Below are positions 50,173-63,186 of a DNA stretch of 64,000 nt, piece by piece. Each line of letters starts with the position of its first letter. Position 1 is the first letter of the stretch. This stretch comes from Owenia fusiformis (taxonomy: Eukaryota), in contig CAIIXF020000001.1 in NCBI GenBank assembly GCA_903813345.2, positions 47,058,001-47,122,000 on the forward strand, read 5' to 3'. The translations under genes were made by a program, and so were the position numbers. The notes beneath the pieces were generated by a model. It had not been told where the DNA came from. It made no database searches and was given only the letters and a program-made list of their open reading frames with translations.

Positions 50173-51539
50173 AGTTTTATTTAATATCTGAAAATATTTT
50201 AGAATTACTTCCAGACACCAAAGGGTTAACTAATTCATGCGAGCAACCTATATGTATGTATGTATTATTTATTTGCGTCTATAGAGGTGGCACTTCTAAG
50301 GATAAGATGTCCTAATTTTAACAAACTGTTTGTATTGTTTTTACAGCTATCACTGTAAGTGTTATCTGGTACTGTACTTGTACTGTACATTGTACATCAT
50401 GAGACTAACATTGTTTCATTGATTATATCGATCAATACAAACAATACATTTCCACGTGGCTTTGAATCGCACACTCCTCTCAATAAATATGGAAACACAG
50501 ATGGGGGCTACTACATGAATGTCATGAATTTTGAACTTTTAACGTACAGGTATGTGTGAGTTTGAGTGAATCTAGTACATATCTTACCCTTCAAGTTCCC
50601 TTATTCTTTATCAAGATCATCGCAATATAGATATTGACAACAGTATTTTCAAACAATGTTAGAAAACGTGTCATAAGTAAGGATTTTATAGCATTTCAGA
50701 ATTCATCTTGTACCCTAAGCAGAATGAGCCTGCAGAACCAAAATCCACTTATGATTTTTATTTGTGATTGAATTAGAATGAGCCGTATCGAGTTTTCACT
50801 TTTTTCCATATAGCCTACAGAGTAGGTAAAAATAGGACGATTAATACATGGACTCTAATTAAAATAACATTGTTATGCATGAATGATATACGATATATGA
50901 TTTTGCTATTTATTGCAACATGGGAGTGATCTATCTCGTACAACCAGAGAAAACGACCGGATTGCACTGCCATCTTTTAATAAACATTCTTTCTATTACC
51001 TGCATCCTAATATACCCTGTCCTTTAAATCATGGGCGCCTACTGTATTAAGTAAATCTGAATTATTGAACGGTAGATTCTCAAGGCTACAGATGAGGGTC
51101 ATTGTATTCTTCGTATTGATCGATATAAAACATTAACAGGTACATAGCCATAATCTATCAATAGCGTACCTCTACAGAGTAAACACATTTGATGGACCAA
51201 CAATGAGGATTCTATATGGATTCTATAGCTGAATGGAACTAAGTCAAGAGTGGAAATGTAGAGCGTTGCCTTCATATAACTGAATATGGCAATTGTAATC
51301 GACAGTAATTCGTTGGTGGATTTGTGGGACCTTTCAAAACAGAAGAACAGATTACATGTTGATGAGTAGCCACTTCTCATAAAGTCTCATATAGGAGTTG
51401 AAACCTCCGAAAGGTTACCGGTTAATCTTGGTACCGCGCGTTGGAAAGCTTAAAATCTAGTCTAGTACTGTTCGCTCGATATATAATGCTACAACAATAG
51501 AAGATTAATACACGGTATAAGTGAGTTAAGAAATTGAGA

Positions 51540-52637
51540 ATGCCGAAACGCAAGGTTGTGTCTCACGCTCGGCAGCGCCTCGCTGAAAGGAAAGCGATCA
51601 GGGATGAGATGACGGGTGCCGGGAGGAGGCGAGAAGCCAATGCAAGGAAACAGGAGGCTCGGGCGGTACAGGTCCAAAAGAGAGCAGATACACAAGCGAC
51701 AAAAGCCCGACAAACCGAAGCTAGGCGTGCTGCTAGGCGTGCTGCCAGACCAACAAATGTAGTTGTGCGTCCCACAAGATACGTCACTGTGACAAGAAAC
51801 ATACCCAGCTCAGCCCAAAGCGGTGCCTGTAACATACCAAGTTCAGCCCAAGACGGTGCTACTAACAGTGTAAATGGTTCTGGTGCATCTGTCGACAGAA
51901 GACCAGATGGACCTGTGTCGACTGACAGTACATCAGAAAAGCGTACGCATATCAAGAGGAATGCATTTCTCAGACTCTGTGTCTTCCTTCTAGTATTGTT
52001 CCTGATAGCTCTAACAGGCATAGCACTGACAACTGTAGGAGTGGTGAAAGACGACATGGCCCTTACTGTGATCGGCCCCTTGCTTCTCGTAATAGGGATA
52101 GGGACATTGGTAGCAGTTGGAATACTATTTTACTATAAGTCTCGTAAAACTGGCTTCTTTTCTCCATCCGATATAACAGAACATACCAATCCTAGTATAA
52201 GGTCTACCTCGATTGATATTAACTCCTCGCCAACCAGAACAACAGCTAAAATTTCTTTTATACCTGCTAGCAAAGATAAACCAGATAACCCTACAGCATC
52301 GGGTGGATCGGCCGATCCCTCCAAACCTCCACCGGGAGGTGAAAAACATGTTGCTGAAACAGCGTCCAATCTTGCTCCCACTGCTGAATCATCTCCACCA
52401 AACTCTAATGAACGTCAAGATGGCTTTGCTAGTGCCACTGCGCCACCTAATAATATTGCCACTGCCCCATCCAGTTCTTCGCCACCACCACCCTCATACA
52501 CCACTGTGAGCGAAATGCCGGAAGGGTCTAACACGCATCAAACTCCACACGACCGAAGAGACAGTAGAGAGGATATAGATGTGACAAACTCACCTCCGTC
52601 TTATAGCGAAGCCATATCTCGTAAATCAGACGTGTGA
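51540..52637 (+). CDS. Intronless 2-TM PY-motif protein, copy 2
   Basis: Full-length, indel-free match to 18042-19139, with two PPSY motifs. Confidence 0.8.
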   Translation: MPKRKVVSHARQRLAERKAIRDEMTGAGRRREANARKQEARAVQVQKRADTQATKARQTEARRAARRAARPTNVVVRPTRYVTVTRNIPSSAQSGACNIPSSAQDGATNSVNGSGASVDRRPDGPVSTDSTSEKRTHIKRNAFLRLCVFLLVLFLIALTGIALTTVGVVKDDMALTVIGPLLLVIGIGTLVAVGILFYYKSRKTGFFSPSDITEHTNPSIRSTSIDINSSPTRTTAKISFIPASKDKPDNPTASGGSADPSKPPPGGEKHVAETASNLAPTAESSPPNSNERQDGFASATAPPNNIATAPSSSSPPPPSYTTVSEMPEGSNTHQTPHDRRDSREDIDVTNSPPSYSEAISRKSDV

Positions 52638-53479
52638 CAACGATCAAATTTGCAATGCTTGATTTTTTGGTGCACCACGTGCTCGACTTTTCAGTAATAG
52701 GGCTCCACAATAATCTATTATAGGTTCTCTAATGAATTCAACTTTCATGCATTGGAGACCCTTTGATCGGTTAATACAAATGTTGTTGCAGTGTCAGTTA
52801 TAAAGGAAATAAAGTATTATATTTCTTTATATTATCAATATGTTTAGATCCATATGATGATTCTACATGTTCTATGTATGAGATCGCTTTATAATGTCCA
52901 TTGAGGAGATCGCGTTCAAATTAGAGATCTAGATCGGGAGATTACTCTCACTTCTATTTTGTACTCAAATTCACAGATAAATAGAATGAGTGAAAAGTCA
53001 GAAATTAGTAGTTGTAAAAATATGTTAAACTTATAAAGCGGTTATTTAATGGGAGGGATTGATTATGAATTTTCCGAGGGAAAATATGATATTGGCCGAG
53101 CAAAATATCATAATGTTCCTTCATTTGCCAATACGCTCATCATGTCACAAGTATTTTGGGGAACCATTCCAATGTTATTTATTCATCTAGTTTTTCTAAA
53201 ACAGTGAGATTAACGAAACCGTGAGATTAACGTGTTTTGATTTTGTGCACAAATTCCGTTGTTACCTCAACCACATTATTGAAAACAAGAGCTTTGCCGA
53301 GGCAATTTATGACAATGAATGTTTCCCATGTGTTGAGAATGTGATGAGCTTATTGGCAGGTGAGAAAGAATAAAAAATACGTTCACTACCTATCTTAATT
53401 TTGAAAAAGATATCGATTTTTATAATGATTTTCCTGTGTACTCCACGATAATACTAGAATACGCTTTCATATCCCTGCA

Positions 53480-53825
53480 AGTTATTGTGTTGATTGTTCT
53501 GAGCAATGATCGAGAGTTATTGTGTCGATTGTTCTCAGCAATGATCGAGAGTTATTGTGTCGATTGTTCTCAGCAATAATCGGGAGTTATTGTATTGATT
53601 GTTTTCAGCAATGATCGGGAATTATTGTGTTGAATGTTCTGAGCAATGATCGAGAGTTATTGTGTTGATTGTTCTCAGCAATGATCTGGAGTTATTGTGT
53701 TGATTGTTTTCAGCAATGATCGGGAATTATTGTTTTGATTGTTCTAAGCAATGATCGGGAGTTATTGTGTTGATTGTTCTCAGAAATGATCTGAGTTATT
53801 GTGGTGATTGTTCTCAGCAATGATA
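53480..53825. repeat. 35-bp minisatellite, ~10 copies
   Basis: Unit AGTTATTGTGTTGATTGTTCTCAGCAATGATCGRG. Confidence 0.9.
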
Positions 53826-55666
53826 GTGGTTCATTGTCAGCAATGATAGTGCCTGTAGCTGATGATTGTGTAAATTGTTCCAATTTACCGATTAAGGGTG
53901 ATTGTTCAAAACATGTGAATGGATTTTGTTGATTGTCTTGAGAGTTGTTGGGTGATTGTTCCTAGCAATGACTGTGATTGTGTTTCACTCTCATCCATAA
54001 GGTTAGCAATCGGAAGTTGATATTCGAAAGCCTGTCAATATTTGAATCTCAATTTTGTTCCTTAAAGATGCATTATACCATAGGTTTCTCCCCCAGACAA
54101 TCAATGATGTCCTGTTGTTATTGCTCTTATATATCTCACATACCATGTGAGACAATCACCAGACAATCAATGATGTCCTGTTGTTATTGCTCATATAATA
54201 TCTCACATACCATGGATATATCTTGAGAATAACTTTTCCGTATATTATTGCCGAAATATTGAAATAATCAACAGAACAACCAACCTCAAGAATTAAACAC
54301 AATCGATTCCTCGGCTAGCGAGGGGAATCCCCATTGAGTCACACAATCGCTCACAAGCGCCTTGAACCAGGCAGCCAATCAGGTTCATGATAAACGAATT
54401 CAACGACCAATCAGATAACAGGAGGACTTTCCCGGTACATTCAAACTTCAGATCGAATTAATTTCTGCGAAAATAAATAGATCGGCCAGCACAATCGCAA
54501 AATTAACACTGAAGGAGGGGGATTTGGGACTTCTTCTTTGGTAAGTAGATGGGTGAATATGTGGTGAAACTCGATATGCAAAAAAGTCCAGAGGGGTCTT
54601 GATTGTGCTATCCTATGGCATAGACCCTCTATTAATAACAATAGTTCTGAAATCCATGACTTTGATAAATATTTTGATGAGGCCAAATATAAACACAGGG
54701 TTTGATAGGCGATCCAAAAGGGGACTTCTGGTTGCCAAACTTATGGAGGGCTAGAGGGTTATTGCTCCGGGCAATGATTGTGGGTAAATGTTCCCAGCAT
54801 AAGGGCAATTTCACAGACAAATGCCCTAATAAGGAAAACATTGAAACCTTCGGTAACAGGGGCGTAGCCAGCTTTCAGTCAGGGGGGAGGGTGCGATCGC
54901 AAAAAAAAATTCGGTTTTCAGTCGGGGGCGGGGGTGCGATTGTGCCATAAACAAGACAATGGTCATTTATTTCAGATTACTTTTGATACGGCCCTACGTA
55001 GGGGCAGATCTAGAAACCAACTACTGGGGGGGGGGGGGGGGGGCAATTCTATTTTTACATATTCTGTTCCAATATGGGAAAATTCAATTTTTTTTTTCTG
55101 AGCTATCGGGTCAATATTTGGCTGAACATCTTCTTTGACATACCTATTTAAGGTAAATGTAAATTCAGTTCAAAGCTTCTATAAAGGGAGTCCCACTTAT
55201 AGATTTTTAAGATTCACTGGTCGATGATCGTTGAATGCCCCCCCCCCCTGCACTAATTGTTGCACCTTTAATTGCTTATTTTTTAGATTCAAAGTAGTTC
55301 CAAACATTTAAAATTTTACTGTAAGCCTAGTAAAATTCAGCTTTGTGTCAACTGCTGGTGGCATTCTAAACCCCAAATATTACACAATTAGAAAAATCTT
55401 TATGGGCCCAATTTCTTTTCTGGGCCATTTTACCCCCCTCCCCCCGGCCTTAATCCGCCAAGGCTACGTGTATGGCCAGAAGCTTTCAGATCCTAAGGGC
55501 ACGCATTGAACAAGGTTCAAGTTCTGATCATCCTAATTAAAAAGATGTCAGTGCGTGCAGTCAATATTGATTGAAGATCAGATTGCAGAGTGGGTCGCTT
55601 TAACCGACAAGGAATTCCCTTCAGTCTATTTTTAGAACGCGTCATTTTCCAAGGGGATTTCCCAAG

Positions 55667-58600
55667 ATGGCTGCCACGGATTTCGATCACCACGAAAATG
55701 TTCTCGTGAAACCTCCCCGATTTCTGCAGGACACTGCCCATGTTTCTAGTTTTGAACAGTATCAGGAGTTGTACGACAAATCGGTGAACAAGCCAGATGA
55801 ATTTTGGGGAGAAATATCGAAGAACTTTTTCTGGAAATCGCCACCGACTGGAGAATTTTTGAAATTCAATTTTGATGTCACAAAAGGACCAATATTTATT
55901 GAATGGATGAAAGGAGCTACAACAAACATTTGCTACAACTGCTTGGATAGAAATGTGAACAATGGTTTCGGTGATAAGGTTGCATTTTACTGGTAAGAAA
56001 TAACTTGTTGATGTATAAAAATTCGAGTCGAATACACCAAGAGCTCGTTTTATAAAGTGCTCACCATAAATAAATGACACCTGGATTTTCTATCACCATT
56101 TCCAGACCATGGTGATCTGAAACTTCATAATTTCCAATAACACAGGTAGGGATCAAATTCGCCCCTTCCCGTTCATACCGCCGTTTTCCGTAGAGGTTAC
56201 CGCGCCTTCGAGTAGAAATACCGCCCCTTCGAGTAGAAATCACGGACAGGTAGGTCATAGAACTGCATCTAAATCGTAATTCACAATAATTATCCGATCT
56301 GTTTATGGTCTAATAAGTTGAATCACATATTTATCTACCATTTTCACCCATGTCCCACGCCAGCTTACCTCAAGTTTCTTCATTTAAACGGGCGCACAGT
56401 CGGGAATTATCATTCGAAAATCTCTCGTGGCCAGTTGTTTTGGTAAAACTCGTGTTTGTATTAGTTCCCCAAGCTACCACATATAATTGGAATTGTGCCA
56501 TGAATGTTAAAGATAATATCCTTTTGTTCGTTCATATAATATTCCATCCCATTTGACGATCAACACAATTTGACACGAAGCTCCACTGTTTCTTTGTAAC
56601 AGTTCCACACCTTATTAGTAGGTGTACTGTACGTACATTGAATATTGATTCCAGAATTAGGGATAAATTAGAAACTAGATATAAATCGGAAATGTTAAGT
56701 AATTTTCTGAATTTATTGATTGTAAAAAAGTTAGTCGAATTAATTCTAAAAGATTAAATCATATTGGTTTTATCTAGAGAAGTTTATGCTAAACACTTTT
56801 AATTTAACAATTTATAATTTTTATGAATATGACATTTATTTACCAAAATAATACGTGATTAATATGAGTATAGTTTTAACAGAATTAGCCTAGCCTATCT
56901 TAATAGGGCTATTCACAATGCTATTCATATATTTCACACCTTCAAGGTAAATTGGCTGGCTATTGGATTAACTTTCCAATATAAATTTGGTTCACTGTTT
57001 TATTTCAAATAAATGCCCAGTTGGCAAAACATTCGAGAAAAGGGATGAAATTGCGAATAGTACATATGTAAGGTAATACGTGATTAATGTCGTTCAAGTA
57101 CAAATGATTAATAAAAATGAGGTCACATATTGGTCAACGTTTTTGCCTACGTTCGTGATCATACTAGTGCGTGAGTATGAAGGCCATGTGTCAACTATAC
57201 AATCGATAATATCCCCCTAGCTATTCCTCTAAATAAACGCGTATCCTCCTTGGAAAATTGTTTTCTCCCTCTTAATATAGGCCCATGGGCGTTTATTAAA
57301 AATTCTTTCAAATAAACGCCCTGTGCAAAATAAACGCCCGTAGGCCTATTCGCGAGAGAGAGTAAAGAATAACTTGTAGATTTGTGATCATAACCACTGG
57401 CGAATACAGAAGTTAACAAGGGGGGTGTACATTTCAAATCCAAAAACTTTGAATGCCCATTTTTGATAATTTGACCTAAAAAGGCCCACTGCAAAAATTT
57501 TGGGCACACAATTGTTTGTGGGCCCCGGTAATTTGGCTTATTAACATAAATGTGACGACGTTTTTGCACTTTAACCAACCAGGACAGCAGAGGTTTTGAT
57601 TTTCGTGGCCTCTTTGTTTAAATGTTTACGACATAAAGGTGAGAAGTTCTGCTGTATTTTATTGCAATTCTTTAAAAATCGATGGGCTGCGATTTGAGAA
57701 ATTCTAATCTATTTACATAGACTATGATTTGTATCGTTTGTATCGTTTTTGAAAGAACTCTAAAAACGACACAAATCACGTGTAAATAGTTCTCTGTGAT
57801 CTGAACTTTGCCAATTTAACATTAATCTGAATAAAAGGAGAGTTCTACCTAACTGAAACCAAAATACGATTAAGGTGCGTAATCCAAAAACGAAAACGGC
57901 GGAATTTGACAGAAACTGTAAAGTCGAAACAATGCTGGTATAACAGGTATATATTCTTATACATTTAGCCATTTAAACAGTAAAATCAATCAAATTTTAC
58001 GTTGGATGAGGTGTGAAGGAACAAAAATGACCCCAAATCCAAGAAAAACGTACTTAACTGAAATGGTGGATGTCAGGGGGTAATTTGTGTGCTGTCCTAC
58101 GAGCAACCTAGACATATGTAAGTACCCTTAAAAACGTAGATGATATGAAACACATTCCTCTAACTGAATATACTATGAAGAAAGGGCTAGGTTGACTGAA
58201 TTAAAAGATAGAGCCTTTGTATTCGTAAATTCTGTCGATTATCTACTCGAAGGAGCGGCAACCTGTACGGAAAACAGCGGTATGGACGCGAAGGTGCGAT
58301 CTGATCCCTACCTGTGAATAATGTCTAGAAACACATCCCTTAAGTTTTGTATATTTTACATTTTGTATACTCTCAGACTCATCCACCAATGTATAGCCTC
58401 TTGAAAATTCTCTTCTTTTTAACATGGGAAATGCTCACTTCAGCAAATCCAGGTGTCATTTATTTAGGGTGAGCGCTGTAGTACGATTCAAAATTTAATT
58501 GAATACTTTGAATTTAAAAAATAAGCAATCAAATGACCATATTGCAACAGTATATGAAAAAATAGAAACATATGTACAAGATTTAACTTTTGTAAATTTC

Positions 58601-61600
58601 AGAAAGTTACAGCCCATTTCACTGTTTTATTGCATCAGTAAAACCATGGGCTTTCAAAGCCCATGGTAAAACCTTAAAAATAAGAAATCAAAAGATCATT
58701 ATGCAATAATATATCGAAAAATATATTCCTATTGTACATGAATGACATTTGTTTATCTTGGATTACTTCTAGTTTGGTTAATAAAGTGTGTGGCCTCTTA
58801 TATTTCGATGCTTCTCTGCCATAGCATTTTCAAAAAGATTAGAATGACTGAAATTCTTTAAATTACAAGAGGGCACAGGCTTATTGCACAAAAAAACTAA
58901 ATATCTGAAATATACAAATGTCATTCATGTACAATATGAATATACGGCACAATGGTCTCCAGATTTCTTATTTTTGGGGTTCTTCTGATGCAATAAAATA
59001 GTGAAATGGGCTGTAGGTATAATGTGCAGCAAAGCTGTGGACTTTTGTAATTTAGAGAGTTTTAGCCACATTATTTTTTTTCGAAAATAACATGGCAGAG
59101 AAAGGAAGAAGCGGTATGTAGCATAAAATATAAGAGGCCACACATATGAAAGCCAAACTACAAAACAAATCAAAATATACAAAAGTTGGGCGTTGTATGA
59201 ATGTTTTTATTTTTACATATACTTTTTCAATATGGTTCTTTGATTGCCTTTCTTTTAGATTCAAAGTACTCAATGGAATTATGAATCTGACTTTAATTGG
59301 TGTATTCGACTGGATTTTTTTATACATGCTCCATGGCCTATGGCTGGGCTCGCTTGCAATTCCTGAAGCTGAATACTCAGTATACTGCGAATTCAACTGA
59401 ATTCAACTGAATTCAACTGAACTTTTAAGTCAGATAAGAGAATGTGTAGTACTGTCTAAGTGCTGGGCTAAGTAAATAAGTGTTTTTTTCAAAATGAATT
59501 GATCTAGAGTGTTTCTTCCAAAAGGTATACACCTATACACGCCTAGAATGCATAAATGAAGCAAAAGTTTTGCTACTGTAATATGGGAAAAAGTATACAA
59601 ATTGGATATCTATTTTACAGGAGATCTTTCTCAACATAGACATTATTAGAGTTCATAGAATTTCAAATCACCAATATCTAGGAGTATTGACAAAAATCAA
59701 CTTTTATTTTTTATTTTTGCGTAGCACTTCTTTCAACATTTCTGCTTCTTAGTTCCATGCTCTTTAACTTAAGGGAATCATCTCTAGGTTCTGGTCTTAG
59801 TAGGGCATAATAGAGGCTTAAGTTATATTTATGATTGATACAACTGATTGAGGTAAGAATTATGTGAATGGCTAGTGCCTGAATTACCCAAATGCGAGTA
59901 GGTACTTACCAGTTTCACCACCAGGTGGCTGATTCGGGTCAATTAACATGGCAGGTATATAAGAAAGTTCCCTTAAACTTGAATATTATCAATTTAAGTG
60001 GCTCAATTTTCATATAACCCTTATGTGCCTGATACTTATACTAATGAAAATATGTCCAGTAAAGCAAAATATTATCTGTCCACTAAAAGAAAATATATTT
60101 CATTTTTTGTGATTTTACAGCATGGGGTCTATGGGGAATCTCCCCGAGCTAGAAGTCACATTTTCAAAGAAAATTAATTTTTCAAAGTTGATAAACACTT
60201 TTTAAAACCACATTTCTAGATGTAATTTTACATGTAGATTTCAAATATGAAATTACTTTGACTGAATTTTGAATTTTTAATGAAGTAAATCAAGATTATT
60301 TCTACTCGCATCTGGGTTATTGTTCATGTTCTAAAATATAATATAAGCCTTTATTTTATCTTCCCAAGACCAGTACCTAGAGATGGTCTTGGCACTAGAT
60401 AATTTGGCAATCTGGCCAGTGGCCCAACCAAAATAAATAAAAACAAGCACTGACATCTATTTATTTAGATATTATAGCAACCCCTTATTTCACCAAGTTT
60501 GGAAGTGCAAATCCTTTAGTTTCTTTTCAATATAAATTCCCCTCTTTAAACCTAGAGAGCTATCTACCTACATTTATATAGTAATCATTAGGACATACAC
60601 CCCAGGGTGATGTTCTACACAGGCTTTACATGTACTTTTTACACGAATGCTGATTGTAGTTCAGTGATAGTGCAACAATGTCCTAGTCGTCCTTAGATTA
60701 AAACCTATTGTTAATAAGCTTTAAAACATTGCAAAGTAAATATGTAAAGTAAGCCTGGGTGCCTATAATGTAACATTGTAAGATTATTCTTGAAAACATA
60801 AATGAATAATATGTGTCAGAACTAAATAATATAGACAATCGTGTCTGAAATAGTGATAGAGGTTGAAATACAAATATTTAAGGATTCATTCATTCCTATC
60901 CATATACAAGATCATAACTGTTGGGAAAGTTTCACATTTCACCACCCCACTGTTTAGTTGAACATCTTACCTCAATTAGCAGACTAAGTAGTACCCTTTT
61001 GTAGATTTGACCACTGGGCCACTCAGGAAAACCAGTTTTTGTCCTCAAAGAGCTACCTTATATAGTTTTCAAATCGAATCAAATCTATCCTAAATCTAAT
61101 TACATGTAGTATGATGTAAAAAAACAATGACACTACATTTTTACCTATAAGTATTTACTTATTGTATTTTTAGTATCAAAATGGTGAAATCATATGTTGT
61201 TGCCAGAGGGTAGCAAAGCTAGTGAATGAGCTCAGGGTCCACATACAGTATTTATTAGTTCTTCACAATGCAGGCTATAAACCTTAGCCTAAAATGATTG
61301 ATTTCATGAAAGAAATGCTTCCTTGTTAAAATTGTGGCGTATCAGAGCACTTTACCGTGTCTTCAGTCTCAATGTCAATGGTTACCTGACTTGAAATATG
61401 ATTTGAGGGAACTTGAACATAATAGTCTAGATGCGAGTAGAAATAATCTTGATTGAATATTCAAAATTCAGTTAAAGTGATATCATATCTGACATGCAAA
61501 ATTACAACCAGAAATGTGGTTAAAAAATTGGTTATCAACTTTGGAAAATTAATTTTCTTTAAAAACGTGACTTCTAGGTCGGTGAGATGCCCCGGATTAA

Positions 61601-63186
61601 CCACCTGGTGGTGGTATTGGTAACTTCCTACTGGCATCTGGGTTATTGTGTAATTATGACTCCCAGGAATTGTTGTCCATCTTTCAATTGGTTTAAGGTA
61701 TTTCCGTATGTTCAGAAATTGTTTTCGTTTCCTAATTAGAGTCCTATGATATATCAGGAACACATAATTCATTCCACATGGTCTACAGTTTTCACAGAGT
61801 GCACAAATGTACCTAGATTATCAGTTGAGGGTTTGTTTAGCTAGACATATAAAAAAGAAGAAAAATCAGTGACCTACATTTTTGTACTTTTTAAAAGTAG
61901 GTCATTGAACATATTTTCTTGAAATTTGTTCAAATAAGAGCAATTTTGGTGAACAATTTTGTGACGGATTATCTCGTCACTCTGGGTTTCAAGGTCATTT
62001 CTGAGGTGACAAGAAATCTAGTCACTCTGGTTAGTCAAGAGGTTAATCCCCTTAACTCTCCTATTCCCTAGCATGGGGATCATGTCACGCATTTGGTACG
62101 AAATATGTGTAAATATCATGCATTTGTTTCGAAAATATTTACACCCCCCCCCCCGTTCAGGGATTTTAACAGCAAGCGTTAGCGAGCTGGAAAAATTTTA
62201 GGTGTCCAAAATCTGCCAGGTGTTCACTGAAGCTGTCCAAAGTTTGAAGGAAGGTGTTCAACATTTGGAAGTCACTCAGGGGTAGTTGGTCAAACTCCAA
62301 AAAACATCAAACTAAAAATATGTTCAATGTAAAACATACTCATGAAATAGATAATCCACTGACCTCAAATAAAAGGTGGTAGTTTTATATAAGTCACCAG
62401 TTTGGAGTCTTGACTAAACAACTGAACCAAAGCATGCATTTGGCATCGAATCTATTTTATGATTCAATTTGGAAATGAATAACTGAAATCAGCCATTAGG
62501 AGCTTGTCTATTATACAGTTCAATAGTTAAATTATGTATGTTACTCGATAATCTTGCATCCAGTTTCTTGTTTCCTCATTCCACAAGCCCAGAATTTGAG
62601 AGAGGTTTTTGCATATAAGGGTTTGGTGCACCTGACTAATGTGTAAAATGAATAAAAACTAAAACAATGACATAATCCTATCGTATAATCCTTTCATATG
62701 TTAAACTGTTAATTCACTGTTTACTTGTTTATCTGTTTACTTGTTTATCTATTTGTTATTGTTATTATATTCAGGGAGGGGAATGACCCGGATGACAGTA
62801 AGAAGATCACCTTCAATGAACTTCTCAGGGAAGTCTGCAAATTCTCCAATGTACTCAAAAACAGAGGTACACGTAATATTATATATGAAGATGAAATGGC
62901 ATGCTAACAAATCTTTGTGAAAAATGTAGTGAAAATGATTTAATCAACGAGTAGGGATGCAGTAATAGGGTACGGTTGTAGAACACAGAACATCAAAATT
63001 ATTTTTGAACCAAAATGGAAAATTGAATAGTAGCTGTATACACATTTTGTACATATTTATCATGTTTTGTTGTATTTTGTAGGTGTAAAGAAGGGTGACA
63101 AAGTTGCCTTGTACATGCCTATGATATTAGAACTAACTGTTGCAATGCTTGCCTTGGCACGAATAGGTGCAGTGCACTCAATTGTG
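55667..63186 (+). CDS. ACSS2: Acetyl-CoA synthetase, cytoplasmic type, 5' part. Exons 55667-55992, 62775-62866, 63083-63186; continues beyond the window
   Basis: [90 protein letters not shown]. Exon phases are consistent. Confidence 0.92.
56055..58478. mobile_element. ~2.4-kb TA-flanked non-autonomous Tc1/mariner-like element in ACSS2 intron 1
   Basis: ~33-bp TIRs AAGTGCTCACCATAAATAAATGACACCTGGATTT / AAATCCAGGTGTCATTTATTTAGGGTGAGCGCTG, with TA on both sides. Confidence 0.7.
59887..60316. mobile_element. piggyBac-like MITE
   Basis: CCCAAATGCGAGTAG...CTACTCGCATCTGGG termini in an ATTA/TTAT context. A related inverted copy lies at 61426-61642. Confidence 0.55.
61426..61642. mobile_element. Shorter inverted copy of the MITE at 59887-60316
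   Basis: AGATGCGAGTAGAAATAATCTTGA... is the reverse complement of 60150-60312, and it ends CTACTGGCATCTGGG. Confidence 0.55.

Larger units (their letters stand above)
40702..52980 (+). repeat. Second copy of the segmental duplication (visible homology to 1-19500)
   Basis: Window position 1 equals position 40702. Exons, introns and intergenic DNA are colinear until ...TTCACAGA(A)TAA at ~19500 / ~52980. Confidence 0.95.

Noticed and set aside
53480..53825. 35-bp repeat array as a CRISPR array
   Set aside because: Units are head-to-tail with no unique spacers, there are no cas genes, and the context is eukaryotic.
54858..55475. G/C-run-rich segment as a regulatory G-quadruplex
   Set aside because: CAGGGGCGTAGCC / TAGGGGCAGATC starts and poly-G/poly-C ends resemble common decayed MITEs, and boundaries could not be fixed.
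55667..63186. ACSS2 as part of the BCO-CYP cluster
   Set aside because: It lies outside the duplicated unit and looks like an ordinary housekeeping gene; no sequence evidence of a functional link.
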